From the NCBI GenBank assembly GCA_004431415.1, contig QPMI01000415.1, positions 1 to 64,000 of the forward strand: DNA of 64,000 bases, in the 5' to 3' direction. Both the position numbers and the translations under genes were made by a program. Shown here one piece after another: positions 31,965 to 42,198 of this stretch. How positions within the stretch are numbered: the stretch's first letter is position 1; every line of letters begins with the position of its first letter. This DNA is from Cyanophora paradoxa CCMP329. Its lineage: Eukaryota; Plantae; Glaucophyta. Under the pieces are notes generated by a model. It was given only the letters and a program-made list of their open reading frames with translations, did not search any database and was not told where the DNA came from.

Positions 31965-32156
31965 TCAGGTTCTAATGATTCGCACATTCGTGCCTTTGGG
32001 GACATATACATTAACTGTGTCGAGTCTGCTTGCATAAACACGCTTCTTTTGATAGGTTCTACCATAACCTGCTCTGATCTTTGCAATATAATCCGCCACC
32101 TCTGCAATATCATTCTTTTCGACAAGCTGCTGCCGAATGTCATCGAAATAATCCAT
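31965..32156 (-). CDS. Small hypothetical protein
   Basis: 63-aa ATG ORF upstream of pPolB, preceded by AAAATTGA-N7-TTTAAGG. Confidence 0.55.
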   Translation of the reverse strand: MDYFDDIRQQLVEKNDIAEVADYIAKIRAGYGRTYQKKRVYASRLDTVNVYVPKGTNVRIIRT

Positions 32157-32299
32157 TTTCTGTCTTAGTCAAGTGAAATACGCAACCATCCCTTAAATCG
32201 CCAGTCAATTTTTGTCACAACACAACGATTTTCGATACGTTTTTATATTGTCCAATTATTATTCGCGAAAGTGATCGACCCACAGGGGGGAGTCTGTGG

Positions 32300-32442
32300 T
32301 TAATTGGGTGTGACGCCTGTGACGCCTGTGACACCTGTTTTCAGAGGTTTGTAGATTTTTGAAATTTTAAAAAGTTTGAAAGTAGGCGTCACAGGCGTCA
32401 CAGGCGTCACACTCAATTAAAAAGGTGTCACAGCTGTCACAC
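32300..32442. promoter_or_regulatory. Third copy of the inverted iteron cassette; candidate replication origin
   Basis: ttaattggg(tgtgacgcc)3..AT-rich spacer..(ggcgtcaca)3, ~40 bp downstream of the primase-helicase stop. Confidence 0.65.
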
Positions 32443-32478
32443 AAACCATTTACAGTAAGGTTTTTAAAAATAAGAAAT

Positions 32479-34870
32479 TCAATCAGTATTAGAATCGATT
32501 CTGTTTTGTTTACTCATCCCACCTTCAACATCACTGTCATCCACCAACTTGCGACTATGCTTCTTTTTGATCCCAAAGTAGCCACGAGCAAGAACACCAT
32601 TGACTCGCTTTCTCTCAGCCTTCACATTAAAGACTTCGCGAAGTCTCTTCAAGATAGTGCATTCTGTGATTTTCTCATCAGATTTGCCCATGTGATCCAT
32701 CTTAAAGTGACTGATAATGGACTCACTTGTGGCGAAATCCCTTGACTCTTGGTGAGTTCATAACTCTCACGAATCCATTCTCCAATCTTGTCATTCTCAT
32801 TGAAATATTCAACACCTTGATCAACAATGGACTGGGGTGGTTTGGTGACGAATTCATTGAGAGAATGGGTTCTCCACATTTCCAGGAGAATGGACATATG
32901 CGCCATTTTATAATCGTCATCATTCTTCATTAGGCGCATTAGAGTGGTGTCTGCTTTCTTCTCACCAGGCTGAGGATCGACCTTGAAGACATTTTCGAAT
33001 CGGTAGTAGATAATTCGCCTTTGGATTGCTGCATCTGGTTTACTGATTCCCAGGTTGTCATTTGTGGACAAGAACAACTGGAACATGGGAATGAATGTAA
33101 CAAGATCTTTGAAAAGAGCTCGAACCTTCATCTCATTCCCACCAGTAACCTGTTTGATTTTGTTCAGTTGAAGCATATCACCATCTTCTGCTTCATTACT
33201 GAAAACAATTCGTTTACCAAGAATGCAAGCGAGTTCTGGGGAAGCCTCTGACGAACTCTTCTTGGGTTTAGTCCAATATGTCATGTCCAGTGACCCATAA
33301 TACTCACCAAATGTGTCTTTCACCAACTCTTGGAGCAGTGATTTCCCATTTGCTCCAATTCCAGTCCAGCAAGTGTATCTCTGATTTTCTGTCAAACCAC
33401 TCAGGGCATAGGCGATTAATCCCAGCATGAATTCGCGGTCTGTATCCGATTCAATAATATCTGCATAGATGGATTTAATCTTTGCAACCTTCTCTTGGTC
33501 AATTTCTGTGGTGTAATCGTAGCCAACAGTCTTACTCACCATATCATATGGGAGTCCCTGTCGAAAAGTCATGGAGTTCAAGTCAAATACACCATTTGTG
33601 AACCCAATGATGTTGGGAACAGTATCAAGTCTCTCGAAAAAGGTCTTGTCACTGAACAGAACTGAAAGATCAGACATAAGTGCAGTTCTGTATGTAGTCT
33701 GTTTGAGGCTCTTAGCAATTCCCAGCAGAATCTTTGACCTTTCCTCCAAGGAATTGCGGTTCTCTTCATCACGAAGAGCTCTCTGTGCAAGTTGAACAGA
33801 ACGTTGAAGATAAACTGGACAGACCTTGCAGCTCAAACAGAGAAAGATTCGCTTCCCAGTTTCATCCATCTCCCAAATCCACATACATCATTGAACTTGA
33901 ACCAGGTCTTGTTGGAATACTTGTATTTGTCTTGCAGAACAAGATAGGCAACCTGTGCAACATCATAATGGGCACCATCAGATCCAGCAGACCGATCAAT
34001 CAGATTTTCGATATTCGCATCTGTCTCTTCCTTCACACGAATTGTGATAAGTCGCTTCTTGCAGTTTGCACTGTAACTCGAAACAATATATTTGTCCTTC
34101 TCCTTCCCTTGAACAATATACCAATTGTTCGAGTCATGGCTTCCCTTGCAGCAGGGACAGACCAGACCTTTGTTCTCAGCAGTGAAATTGTATCCCATCT
34201 TGGTCTCATTGATGATTGTGGGCAAGATGAAACCGAATTCTTCGAGTTTAGAAAGAATATGTTTCTGCAAATTCTCCTCAGCGCACCTTGCATAATAAGA
34301 ATGTGCACCTTTGGGGAATTCGTAGTTTTCAACAATCCACTTTTGCAACTCAGCAGTGGGTTCATTTAACTCACACTCAGATGCCCATGGCTCTCTGATC
34401 CATGTTTTGTTGGGACTGGGACAAACATTAATTACCCCAGCAGTCCCAGTGGATGCAATCGTTTTGCAGTCGATCTTGGGGTTTCCTTTGAATGCACCTG
34501 CTTTATCCCAGATCTTAATGGTGTCGAATTCAGCAGGTCGAGCGAAATAAGCATGATATCCTTTTTTGGTTTTAGCAAGAGGATTGACACCACCGAAATC
34601 ATCAGGGAATTGCTCCTCGAATTTGGCGAAATCCTCCTCTTGGTCAAAGTCAATTACCATGATATTACGAGCGAGAATGCCCCAAGCAGTATACTTACCG
34701 GATTTCAGGGCTTCATCGAATTTATCCCAATCCCAGGTTCCGTCTTTATGAGCGAAAAGCGGTCTCTTGGTATCAGGATCAACAGGAATTACGAGATTCT
34801 CAGACAGGACATCGTCTTCACGAAGCCAGTCAACAAGGCGTTTCAGGGATTTCTTGGCGGCAGCGTTCAT
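32479..34870 (-). CDS. PrimPol (AEP) primase-Zn finger-D5-like SF3 helicase; two frameshifts (~33880, ~32740)
   Basis: IMVIDFD, TKKGYHAYF, CPCC..H; Walker A GIGANGKS, Walker B VFSNE and motif C LSTN; tail RGYFGIK in a third frame. Confidence 0.88.
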
Positions 34871-35063
34871 TTCGAAAATCGGGGGCTTCTTACACTTAAT
34901 GGAGAAATTAATTTCTCCGGATCCTTGTCATTTTTTGGCGGCTAACCTTTAAATACCTTTGGGTTCTCCGATTGGCGCTCGATACATGGTAATGATCCAT
35001 CGAAAAGTCGATTGATCATGGTAACAAAAAGGATTCAGCGGATATCTGGGACTTTGGGGCGGT

Positions 35064-35291
35064 TCAGTATTTCCTGGGACGACCAACTGGGCGTTTTACT
35101 GGATTATTGGGATCCATCTCAGCAGCTTTCCTGCGATAATATCGTTCCAGTGCCTTTTTCCGATATAATTCACGAAACTCCTCATCTTGATAGCGTTTCT
35201 GGAAGTACAAGCGGTCATACAACCTTTTCCTCTCATTGGGATCCATTTCGCTCATTGCAAGTTCGAATTCGACCACAGATTCAGTTTCCAT
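35064..35291 (-). CDS. Small basic AT-hook-like protein
   Basis: RYQDEEFRELYRKKALERYYRRK..KRPVGRPRK; homologue of 5057-5470. Confidence 0.75.
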   Translation of the reverse strand: METESVVEFELAMSEMDPNERKRLYDRLYFQKRYQDEEFRELYRKKALERYYRRKAAEMDPNNPVKRPVGRPRKY

Positions 35292-35492
35292 TTGATATGT
35301 TCCTTATATTTAGACGAGAAAATAATTTGTCCGGGTTCACCAATCAAACACACCTTACCCTTAAATCCCTTGTCATTTTTTGCAGATCGAGACCAGTTCC
35401 TGTCTACGCTTTTTTATTGCGTCTTCTGTTGCATATTCAGCGGATTTCCTGTCCAGGATAGCGTAGATCTCAGGGAGACTGAGCATTCGATA

Positions 35493-35726
35493 TTAATTAC
35501 CGAGATTTAATTTCGGATCTGTGAAAGATACAGACCTGCGCCTCACTGTCTCTGTCTTAATATGCTCTTCGAAATCCACCGAGTCTGTGGATAATCTCCT
35601 TCCACCAGATCCATGGCTTTCAGTGTCTGAGAACTCGATTTCGACTTTGGTGTCACAGCAACCACTGTGACAATTGCTCACAATGTGGAGATTAAACATT
35701 TCAATGATTTTGCGCAGAAAATCCAT
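35493..35726 (-). CDS. Conserved hypothetical PLV protein (CHxxCC)
   Basis: Homologue of 4498-4932. Confidence 0.75.
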   Translation of the reverse strand: MDFLRKIIEMFNLHIVSNCHSGCCDTKVEIEFSDTESHGSGGRRLSTDSVDFEEHIKTETVRRRSVSFTDPKLNLGN

Positions 35727-35753
35727 GATATTCTCTCTCTTAAAGCGAGATAA

Positions 35754-36488
35754 TTATAGCCAAACTCGTCGTTTATATACTGTTGGGGCAACACCTTTAT
35801 CAACCTCTGCCTTGGTAGCACCAGGTTCAATGGTGCCCTTCTGGGTTTTGGTCTTCATCTCATCAACTGCCTGCTCATCGATTTGAGTTTCTTTCTTACC
35901 AATGAACTGCTTATCTGGGAGACCAGTAATTCCCATTCTGTACACCTCCTTTCGCAGCATCTCCTTCAATTTTGCTCTCTCTTTCTTCTCAGAGACATAC
36001 TGTTCAAGTGCACTGGATTTCGCTTCCAGATCTTTAAGTTTCGCAGTCATTTCGTCCCATCGGGCTTTGGGAATTCGGTGGATGTTTTGAGTTGGTGCTG
36101 TCTTGTAGGTCACCTCACCAGCCATGGATTGAATTACCTTGTCTGATTCTTTGGAGACACCTTCACCTTTGCGGGCAAGTGAGAGATCTTGCAGACCAAG
36201 TCCTTTATCATCAGCAGCACCAATAATTCGACGAGCACCTTCACCAACTGCTTTCATCTTTGTGGCTTCGGGCGAAATATTCAATTGATCGCTGGTGGAT
36301 GCTTGGGGCGCTTTATCATCTGGTGATTCTTCGTAAGCAGCATTGAGGGGATCTTCCTGTTGCTGTGATGCTTTCACTTCATTGACACCATTGAATTTCA
36401 TGGGCTCTGTGTTAATAGAACCGGTTCCAAAGGATGCAGAATATGACATAGCACCAGCAGGAACACCAACTTTGCGTTTGGAAGGCAT
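35754..36488 (-). CDS. Conserved hypothetical PLV protein
   Basis: Homologue of 3610-4293 and syntenic with it. Confidence 0.75.
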   Translation of the reverse strand: MPSKRKVGVPAGAMSYSASFGTGSINTEPMKFNGVNEVKASQQQEDPLNAAYEESPDDKAPQASTSDQLNISPEATKMKAVGEGARRIIGAADDKGLGLQDLSLARKGEGVSKESDKVIQSMAGEVTYKTAPTQNIHRIPKARWDEMTAKLKDLEAKSSALEQYVSEKKERAKLKEMLRKEVYRMGITGLPDKQFIGKKETQIDEQAVDEMKTKTQKGTIEPGATKAEVDKGVAPTVYKRRVWL

Positions 36489-36516
36489 TGTATATTTATT
36501 AGAAGCAGAGATTATT

Positions 36517-37299
36517 TTACAAACCTCTCTTATATCGCATCAGTTTATTCGAATGAACACCACTCTTGACCTCTTTGGGGGCTTCCTCTTTCTGTGGTGA
36601 TGGTAGTTCATCTTCTTTCTTTTTGGGCTTCCTGTGGAACCGAGGAAATGGGAAATCTTTGACCAGATCCGCTTTATCAACATAATAGTTCACCGAATAA
36701 TTCGCAGAAGACCACACAAGATATTGGTAAGAGTGCACATACTCCTCAAACATCTTATAGAAATCGTCTTTGTTTCGCATGATATTGTATTCCTCTTCAA
36801 TGGCTTCGAGTTCTTTTCGATTTGCAGCACTCAGGAACACAGCATAATCCGAATTTACTCGAATTGTTGAAGAAACCTTACGCAATTTCTGAGTTATGCA
36901 GACACAGGACACCATCGCATGGCGCCCCCTATTGAAAACAGAGCCAACAATTTTATCGCGAGTTAAATCGACTAACTCATTATCTATTAAATCATCAAGG
37001 ACAATACACATTTGATTCACAGGTTCCCCTTTTTCGATTTTCTCCTGCCTTTCATCCAGTAATTTGGAAATGTAAGCAGCATCCCATTTCCCGAGTTGCA
37101 ATGTTGCAACTGCATCCCAGAAATGATTGAAGGACGTCCCACTCACAACAAGAACAGTATCGATCTTTTTCGCATCATGCAGCTGTTTCAACCAATATTT
37201 CACACATTCTGACTTGCCTGTTGCAGACTTTCCTATGAAAAGAGCACGAAATGGTGGGGTTATCATTTCGCCTGCATTAAATTCTTCCAAATCGTTCAT
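36517..37299 (-). CDS. A32/FtsK-HerA-like packaging ATPase
   Basis: GKSATGKS, CIVLDD, RGRH and ITQKL..IRVNSDY. Confidence 0.92.
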   Translation of the reverse strand: MNDLEEFNAGEMITPPFRALFIGKSATGKSECVKYWLKQLHDAKKIDTVLVVSGTSFNHFWDAVATLQLGKWDAAYISKLLDERQEKIEKGEPVNQMCIVLDDLIDNELVDLTRDKIVGSVFNRGRHAMVSCVCITQKLRKVSSTIRVNSDYAVFLSAANRKELEAIEEEYNIMRNKDDFYKMFEEYVHSYQYLVWSSANYSVNYYVDKADLVKDFPFPRFHRKPKKKEDELPSPQKEEAPKEVKSGVHSNKLMRYKRGL

Positions 37300-37361
37300 G
37301 GCTTTGTGGATCTTTCTTAATAAAGATAGATAAAAATAACGAAATGTTACTGATCATGGTT

Positions 37362-38735
37362 TTACAGATTAATGCGTCGGAGACCATCTTTGTCAACAAT
37401 AATGAAACTGTGCATGAGAGCACGAACATTAACTGTGATTGTCTGGTCAGAAGGCATGTATAGAGTGAGGAAAGAAGAGGAGGAGTTCGTGAGATCAACA
37501 TAGCCAGACTGGGCAATGTTGCGAATCGCTTTCTCTCCATCAACACAGAATGGTAGACCACTGAGGACATATTTGTCTGCAACCTTGTCCATATTTGAGC
37601 ACTTGAAGGCATCCGCAATTAATTCGGCACCTTTGAGGAGAGGGATGGGCTCAGTAGCATAGAGACGTTGACCATTAATTTCAACAGTGAAAGTGATGTC
37701 TTTTGAGTTAGCATGCGTTTTTAGGACACTGTGGGAACCATTGAAACCATCAATACCTGCGGCATCACGAACTGAAACAAGAAGACCATAGACAAGACCA
37801 GAGATCTGTGACAGGTTAATACGATTTGGTTGAGCATTGCCTTTTGCAGCAAAATTGACACTGTCAACAAAACCAATATCCAGAGCAGGAATAGCCATAC
37901 CAGTGGTCTTCACCTTCTCAATGACAGTAGCAAACAGTTCATCAGAAACATTAATAGCATGCATGTAAAGACGAGGAGAAGTGACTTTAATTTCGGGGTT
38001 TGTTGTTGCACCAATTCCAAAAGTGGTGATCTGTTGACCAACATGGGCAAGAGTAGCATTAGCAGTAGCACCAAGTCCATCATCCTCTGTCTTATCAGCA
38101 GCTGTTCCACCAACAACAGGAAGAGCACGACCACCATAAGAAGTCTCAACATAACCCTTTCCAGCATCCTTGAACCAGACAGTTACCACCATTTCTCCTG
38201 AGAGAGCACCAAGAGGTAGGTAGTGGTTTAGCCATGGGACTGGGATTTCAGTGAAAAATGACCCACCAAGTCGGTTGGTTCCATGGGCAGGGATACCATG
38301 AACCATTCCCATTGAACGCTTCTTCTTGGCGAGTTGATCCTCACTGTAATAGATAAGAGGGAAATGAGCAAGGAAATCAGAAGGCACATGGAAGGTGTAA
38401 GATCCATAGGTGATTTCAAGTCGAGAGACAAGAGCACCAACTGGGCGAACGTATCCATTGCGAACAAGGTCGGTATCACCAGCAAAAGTGACAGCTGGAA
38501 GGTCAAACGCAAGTTCGAGTTTTCCACAGAAATTGTAGCGAGGGAGCTTGAAAGAAATGCGATTTCCAGCATTATTCTCGAAAGTGTTGCTTGGGTTCAC
38601 AACAACAAGAACTGGCTTCGACTTGGATTCAAGACCAAGCATGAGAGAGTTGTCCAGGAAGAACGCCTTGGCTTCTTCCGGGGTTGTTAGAGCTTCTTTC
38701 AGAGAAAGACGTTGGAGGGTCGAAGTAATATCCAT
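37362..38735 (-). CDS. Major capsid protein (putative double jelly-roll)
   Basis: ~457 aa, beta-rich: ISFKLPR..LELAFDLP, LVSRLEITYG and IPVPW..YLPLGAL..EMVVTVWFK. Lies between penton and ATPase and is conserved in PLV-1. Confidence 0.8.
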   Translation of the reverse strand: MDITSTLQRLSLKEALTTPEEAKAFFLDNSLMLGLESKSKPVLVVVNPSNTFENNAGNRISFKLPRYNFCGKLELAFDLPAVTFAGDTDLVRNGYVRPVGALVSRLEITYGSYTFHVPSDFLAHFPLIYYSEDQLAKKKRSMGMVHGIPAHGTNRLGGSFFTEIPVPWLNHYLPLGALSGEMVVTVWFKDAGKGYVETSYGGRALPVVGGTAADKTEDDGLGATANATLAHVGQQITTFGIGATTNPEIKVTSPRLYMHAINVSDELFATVIEKVKTTGMAIPALDIGFVDSVNFAAKGNAQPNRINLSQISGLVYGLLVSVRDAAGIDGFNGSHSVLKTHANSKDITFTVEINGQRLYATEPIPLLKGAELIADAFKCSNMDKVADKYVLSGLPFCVDGEKAIRNIAQSGYVDLTNSSSSFLTLYMPSDQTITVNVRALMHSFIIVDKDGLRRINL

Positions 38736-38789
38736 GATTATCTCTTTTATTATACTGCAACATAAAAAATTCACCAATGATCCTTGATT

Positions 38790-39800
38790 TTACGCAAAAC
38801 TCGCAATTACAGGATAAGATGGATGGGTTTCCGCCATCCTCCTCTTGAAATATTCATACACAGGATCACCAGCAGGTTCATCACCATATCGAATTTCGAA
38901 GGTGAGGTGCACAGGTTGACCCTCGAAATCAATTGGTTCATTAACTGCATTCACAATATCAACCGAAAATGTGGAAAGTCCCAGATTCTTGTTATAGTAT
39001 TTATAAATCGGATGGGCTTCTGTCGAATTATAAACGACATGCTCGCCATAATCTTTATCAGGAACTACGATTTTATGGAAATATCCAGTGAGGAGACCAT
39101 CACCACATTGCACAAGATCACCCAACTCCTTTACTCTCACAAACAGAACACTATCCCTGGTCTTCTCAGGTTCAAATGAAGATATGATACCATGCACCGT
39201 CGAGCCAGTAAAGATACTATCTGTAAGAGCATCATACACCTGTGATTGGATTGGTGTGTTACCATATCTTCCAGGATCAAGACCAAGCAGTCGAGCAGAA
39301 CTCAAAAATCTCTGAATCTGTGCCTGGGTTGGGTTGATTGCGGTTGAGAAAGCCAGGTAAAACGGTATGGTTGAATGGAATATAACTCGTTTCAGTGTAT
39401 CATCCCATTTGCAACGAATAGCTACTGCTGGTTCTCTCAATGCAAGTTTGGAGTTAATTACATTCACCAGTTGTTGGTGGTTTTGAATGGGTGTGCTGCG
39501 ACTTATCACAATGTGCTTCCATTGCTCATAATCGGCAGCAGGTCGATCAGTTGGAATACCAGTGCTTCCTGCACCAGAAAGATATTCAGACCAATAAAGG
39601 TAGATTGCATTATCAATTGTCACATCTCCTACTTTGGTTTCACCACTCACCATGGGAATGCTGTTATAGAATTCTGCTGAGACCAGTCTCACTGCTCTTA
39701 CAAATTCATATGTGCTGGGGAGGCGAGCAATAAAACTCGAAGTAGGTCCATCTCCCGAAATTGTATTGAAAGAGCTCACTTCAATGTAATCCACAGGCAT
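38790..39800 (-). CDS. Minor capsid (penton-like) protein 1
   Basis: YIEVSS..LPSTYEFVRAVRLVSAEFYN and LSTFSVDIVN..PIDFEG..HLTFEI. Confidence 0.78.
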   Translation of the reverse strand: MPVDYIEVSSFNTISGDGPTSSFIARLPSTYEFVRAVRLVSAEFYNSIPMVSGETKVGDVTIDNAIYLYWSEYLSGAGSTGIPTDRPAADYEQWKHIVISRSTPIQNHQQLVNVINSKLALREPAVAIRCKWDDTLKRVIFHSTIPFYLAFSTAINPTQAQIQRFLSSARLLGLDPGRYGNTPIQSQVYDALTDSIFTGSTVHGIISSFEPEKTRDSVLFVRVKELGDLVQCGDGLLTGYFHKIVVPDKDYGEHVVYNSTEAHPIYKYYNKNLGLSTFSVDIVNAVNEPIDFEGQPVHLTFEIRYGDEPAGDPVYEYFKRRMAETHPSYPVIASFA

Positions 39801-39828
39801 CTTCTTTTATCTATAAACATATATTAAA

Positions 39829-40761
39829 ATGATTCGGCTGGTCAATATAGATAGCAGAGACCGATCAGATGGACAAATAGAAAACTCCTACAAAGTTGCA
39901 CTCACAACCCCAGTGACCAAACCAAGAGAATGTCGAGTTTTGTATGCAGAGATCCCCAACAGCATCTATAACTCTATTGGAACAGACCACCTTCTTGTCA
40001 GATTCTACTACCAAGGCATCTCTGAAACCAAACAGGTCTTCCTTCTCCCAAGTGGTTATATTAATCAAGGGCATTTCGGGGTCACCAGTCCATATAATTA
40101 TGGTCTGAATTTCACATTTACTGGGAGCAACAATCTCACATATGCATTCAAGGTCTACTACAACCCTACTTCCTACAAGTTAGAGTTTTACAGTAATGTT
40201 CAATTCGAATTGGTAGCATCTACACAGCGATTGGGTAAACTTCTTGGGGTGAGTTCTGTTGATTGGGTCGCTTCAATTGAGCAAATCTACGATTTCCCAG
40301 AGTCTGCAAGGTCTTTATATGCCCCTGAGAATTTCCTATATTTTGCAGGAGTACCAATCACCCCAAACCATCCACAATGGGGAATCACATTCACAGGATA
40401 TGAATTCGAGGCATCTCGCTTAAACTACAAGTTAGAAGCATCCAAGATGACAGACATGAATGCGGAACAGTATTTATACATGCACATTAAAGAACTCTCC
40501 CCATTTGCTACAAACCACAATATTGTCCCAAGATCACAACCACAGAATCAAGGGGCGATTCTCAGATTGCAATTAAGTAAAGATATTGGACAGTATGTTT
40601 ACCACAGTGGAGAGCACAGTGAATACATAAAAATAACCGATCGCAATTTGGTCATTAGAGAGTTAACAGTTGAGTTTCGCGATTATTATGGTGATCTTGT
40701 AGATATGAATGGAATTGACAACTCATTCCAGTTGGAGTTCTTGGCTATTGGTAATGATTAA
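39829..40761 (+). CDS. Minor capsid (penton-like) protein 2
   Basis: VNIDSRDR..YAEIPNSIYN and IRELTVEFRDYYGDLVDMNGIDNSFQLEF, typical single jelly-roll termini. Confidence 0.78.
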   Translation: MIRLVNIDSRDRSDGQIENSYKVALTTPVTKPRECRVLYAEIPNSIYNSIGTDHLLVRFYYQGISETKQVFLLPSGYINQGHFGVTSPYNYGLNFTFTGSNNLTYAFKVYYNPTSYKLEFYSNVQFELVASTQRLGKLLGVSSVDWVASIEQIYDFPESARSLYAPENFLYFAGVPITPNHPQWGITFTGYEFEASRLNYKLEASKMTDMNAEQYLYMHIKELSPFATNHNIVPRSQPQNQGAILRLQLSKDIGQYVYHSGEHSEYIKITDRNLVIRELTVEFRDYYGDLVDMNGIDNSFQLEFLAIGND

Positions 40762-40966
40762 ACCGATCCTGATAGAAGAACTCCCCATCTGTCTCGAAAA
40801 CATCCAGAAGGGGACTCTTGGGATCTTCTGTATACCATTTGCGAATTGTCTTATCCCATTTAGCACCATTCTTTTTCAAGAATCTACAAAGGGTTGATCT
40901 CCTTGTAATTCGCAATCCCATCTCTTGGAAGATCTCATAATGCTCTGGGAGTTTCTTGACAATCAA
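40745..40966 (-). CDS. DUF5710-like small protein (start uncertain)
   Basis: LKKNGAKWDKTIRKWY..SPL resembles the repeats in 11387-11701. Confidence 0.5.
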   Translation of the reverse strand: MIVKKLPEHYEIFQEMGLRITRRSTLCRFLKKNGAKWDKTIRKWYTEDPKSPLLDVFETDGEFFYQDRFNHYQ

Positions 40967-40996
40967 GATGTAAGTCCCATGGAAATTGTGATATTG

Positions 40997-41889
40997 AAAC
41001 AGGCGTCACAGCCGTCACAGGCGTCACAGACATTCTGCCCCCCTTACTACTCTTCTCAAAAACAGAAATATATCTTACTGAATATCATTTGAATACTATC
41101 TGTCACACTTGATTTCATTTATTCTGTTTTATAGAACATCTGCAATCTAATCGATTGATCAATTGGAGACCATGCAACTCTGTGACACTTTTTCGGTGCA
41201 AAAAATGTGAATCCGCAATCTCATCGATTGTTTAATTGGACGTGATGCAGTTCCGATATATTCCAATAGAAAATCGCGCAATCTCCTCAATTGTTTAATT
41301 GGACATAATGCAACTCTGTGACACTTTTTCGGTGCAAAAATGTACATCAGCGATCTCATCGATTGTTTAATTGGACATAATGCAACTCTGTGACACTTTT
41401 TCGGTGCAAAAATGTACATCAGCGATCTCATCGATTGTTTAATTGGACATAATGCAACTCTGTGACACTTTTTGCGTTTTTCGATACAGAATGGGCGGTG
41501 GTCTACTTCAATACCGATGAGATATATCGAGTTTATGCGAATTTATACAATTTAATCGCGATTATTTCGTTCTTTAAGTAGTTTAATGTTACTCTATCGC
41601 AGATTTATATGTAAACAACGAAGAACATTATCAATCGATATAAGATCAATTGAATCTATCGAAGTTAAATCGAAAATATGCATTTTGGTAAACGCGTTTT
41701 CATTTTTTAATACAAAGTTTGCATTATTTTATACAAAGTTTGCATAAAAAGTTAAAGAAATTAATCGAAAAATATGTATTTTAGTATTAAATTTACACAT
41801 ATTGAAAAACGAATTTAAATCCAGAGTGAATCGAGATCGCGAAGCGATCGAGATGAACGAGGGATTTAAATTCGTTTTTCAATATGTGT
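40997..41889 (-). repeat. Right terminal inverted repeat of PLV-2
   Basis: Reverse complement of 15754-16646. Confidence 0.95.
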
Positions 41890-42198
41890 ATCCACAACAA
41901 ACAGCGAAATCGCCTCACGAATGAAAAGGTGAAAAGTTGAAAGCCCCCGCAAGCTCTTTTCAAGCTGACAAATTGACAGGTGTTCAAGCTCATTTTCCTC
42001 TACTGGAATCTGCGAGCCCTGAAGAAGGCCGAGAAGAAATCGCTCTCTCCTGCAGAAGAAGAGCGCCAGTTCGAGGAGTGGCTTGAAGGGATCGAGAGCA
42101 CCGTTGACCAGGCTGTTAACACACCGGCTGCGAGCCCCGCTCCGCAGCCACTGCAGATTTCGAATTCCCAGGAACCCTTGCAGCCACAAACACCTTAA
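41890..42198 (+). pseudogene. hAT transposase C-terminal remnant, part after the PLV-2 insertion
   Basis: IHNKQRNRLTNEK, intron 41929-41979, then VFKLIFLYWNLRAL..., completing the hAT dimerisation motif. Confidence 0.85.

Larger units (their letters stand above)
15754..41889. mobile_element. Complete endogenous Polinton-like virus PLV-2 (26,136 bp)
   Basis: 893-bp TIRs; 6-bp TSD atccac at 15748-15753 and 41890-41895; encodes major capsid, two minor capsids, A32 ATPase, pPolB, PrimPol-SF3 helicase and rve integrase. No stand-alone adenovirus-type maturation protease was recognised. Confidence 0.95.

Noticed and set aside
25750-33890. Programmed ribosomal frameshifting in patatin or primase
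   Set aside because: No clear slippery heptamers; single-base indel error or mutation is simpler.
15754-41889. Classification as a virophage or canonical Maverick
   Set aside because: No stand-alone maturation cysteine protease was recognised and the capsid does not look virophage-like by eye; PLV is the safer call pending an HMM search.
41795-41889. Flip/flop isomerism of the terminal hairpins
   Set aside because: The right hairpin is the exact reverse complement of the left, so this copy gives no evidence of inversion.
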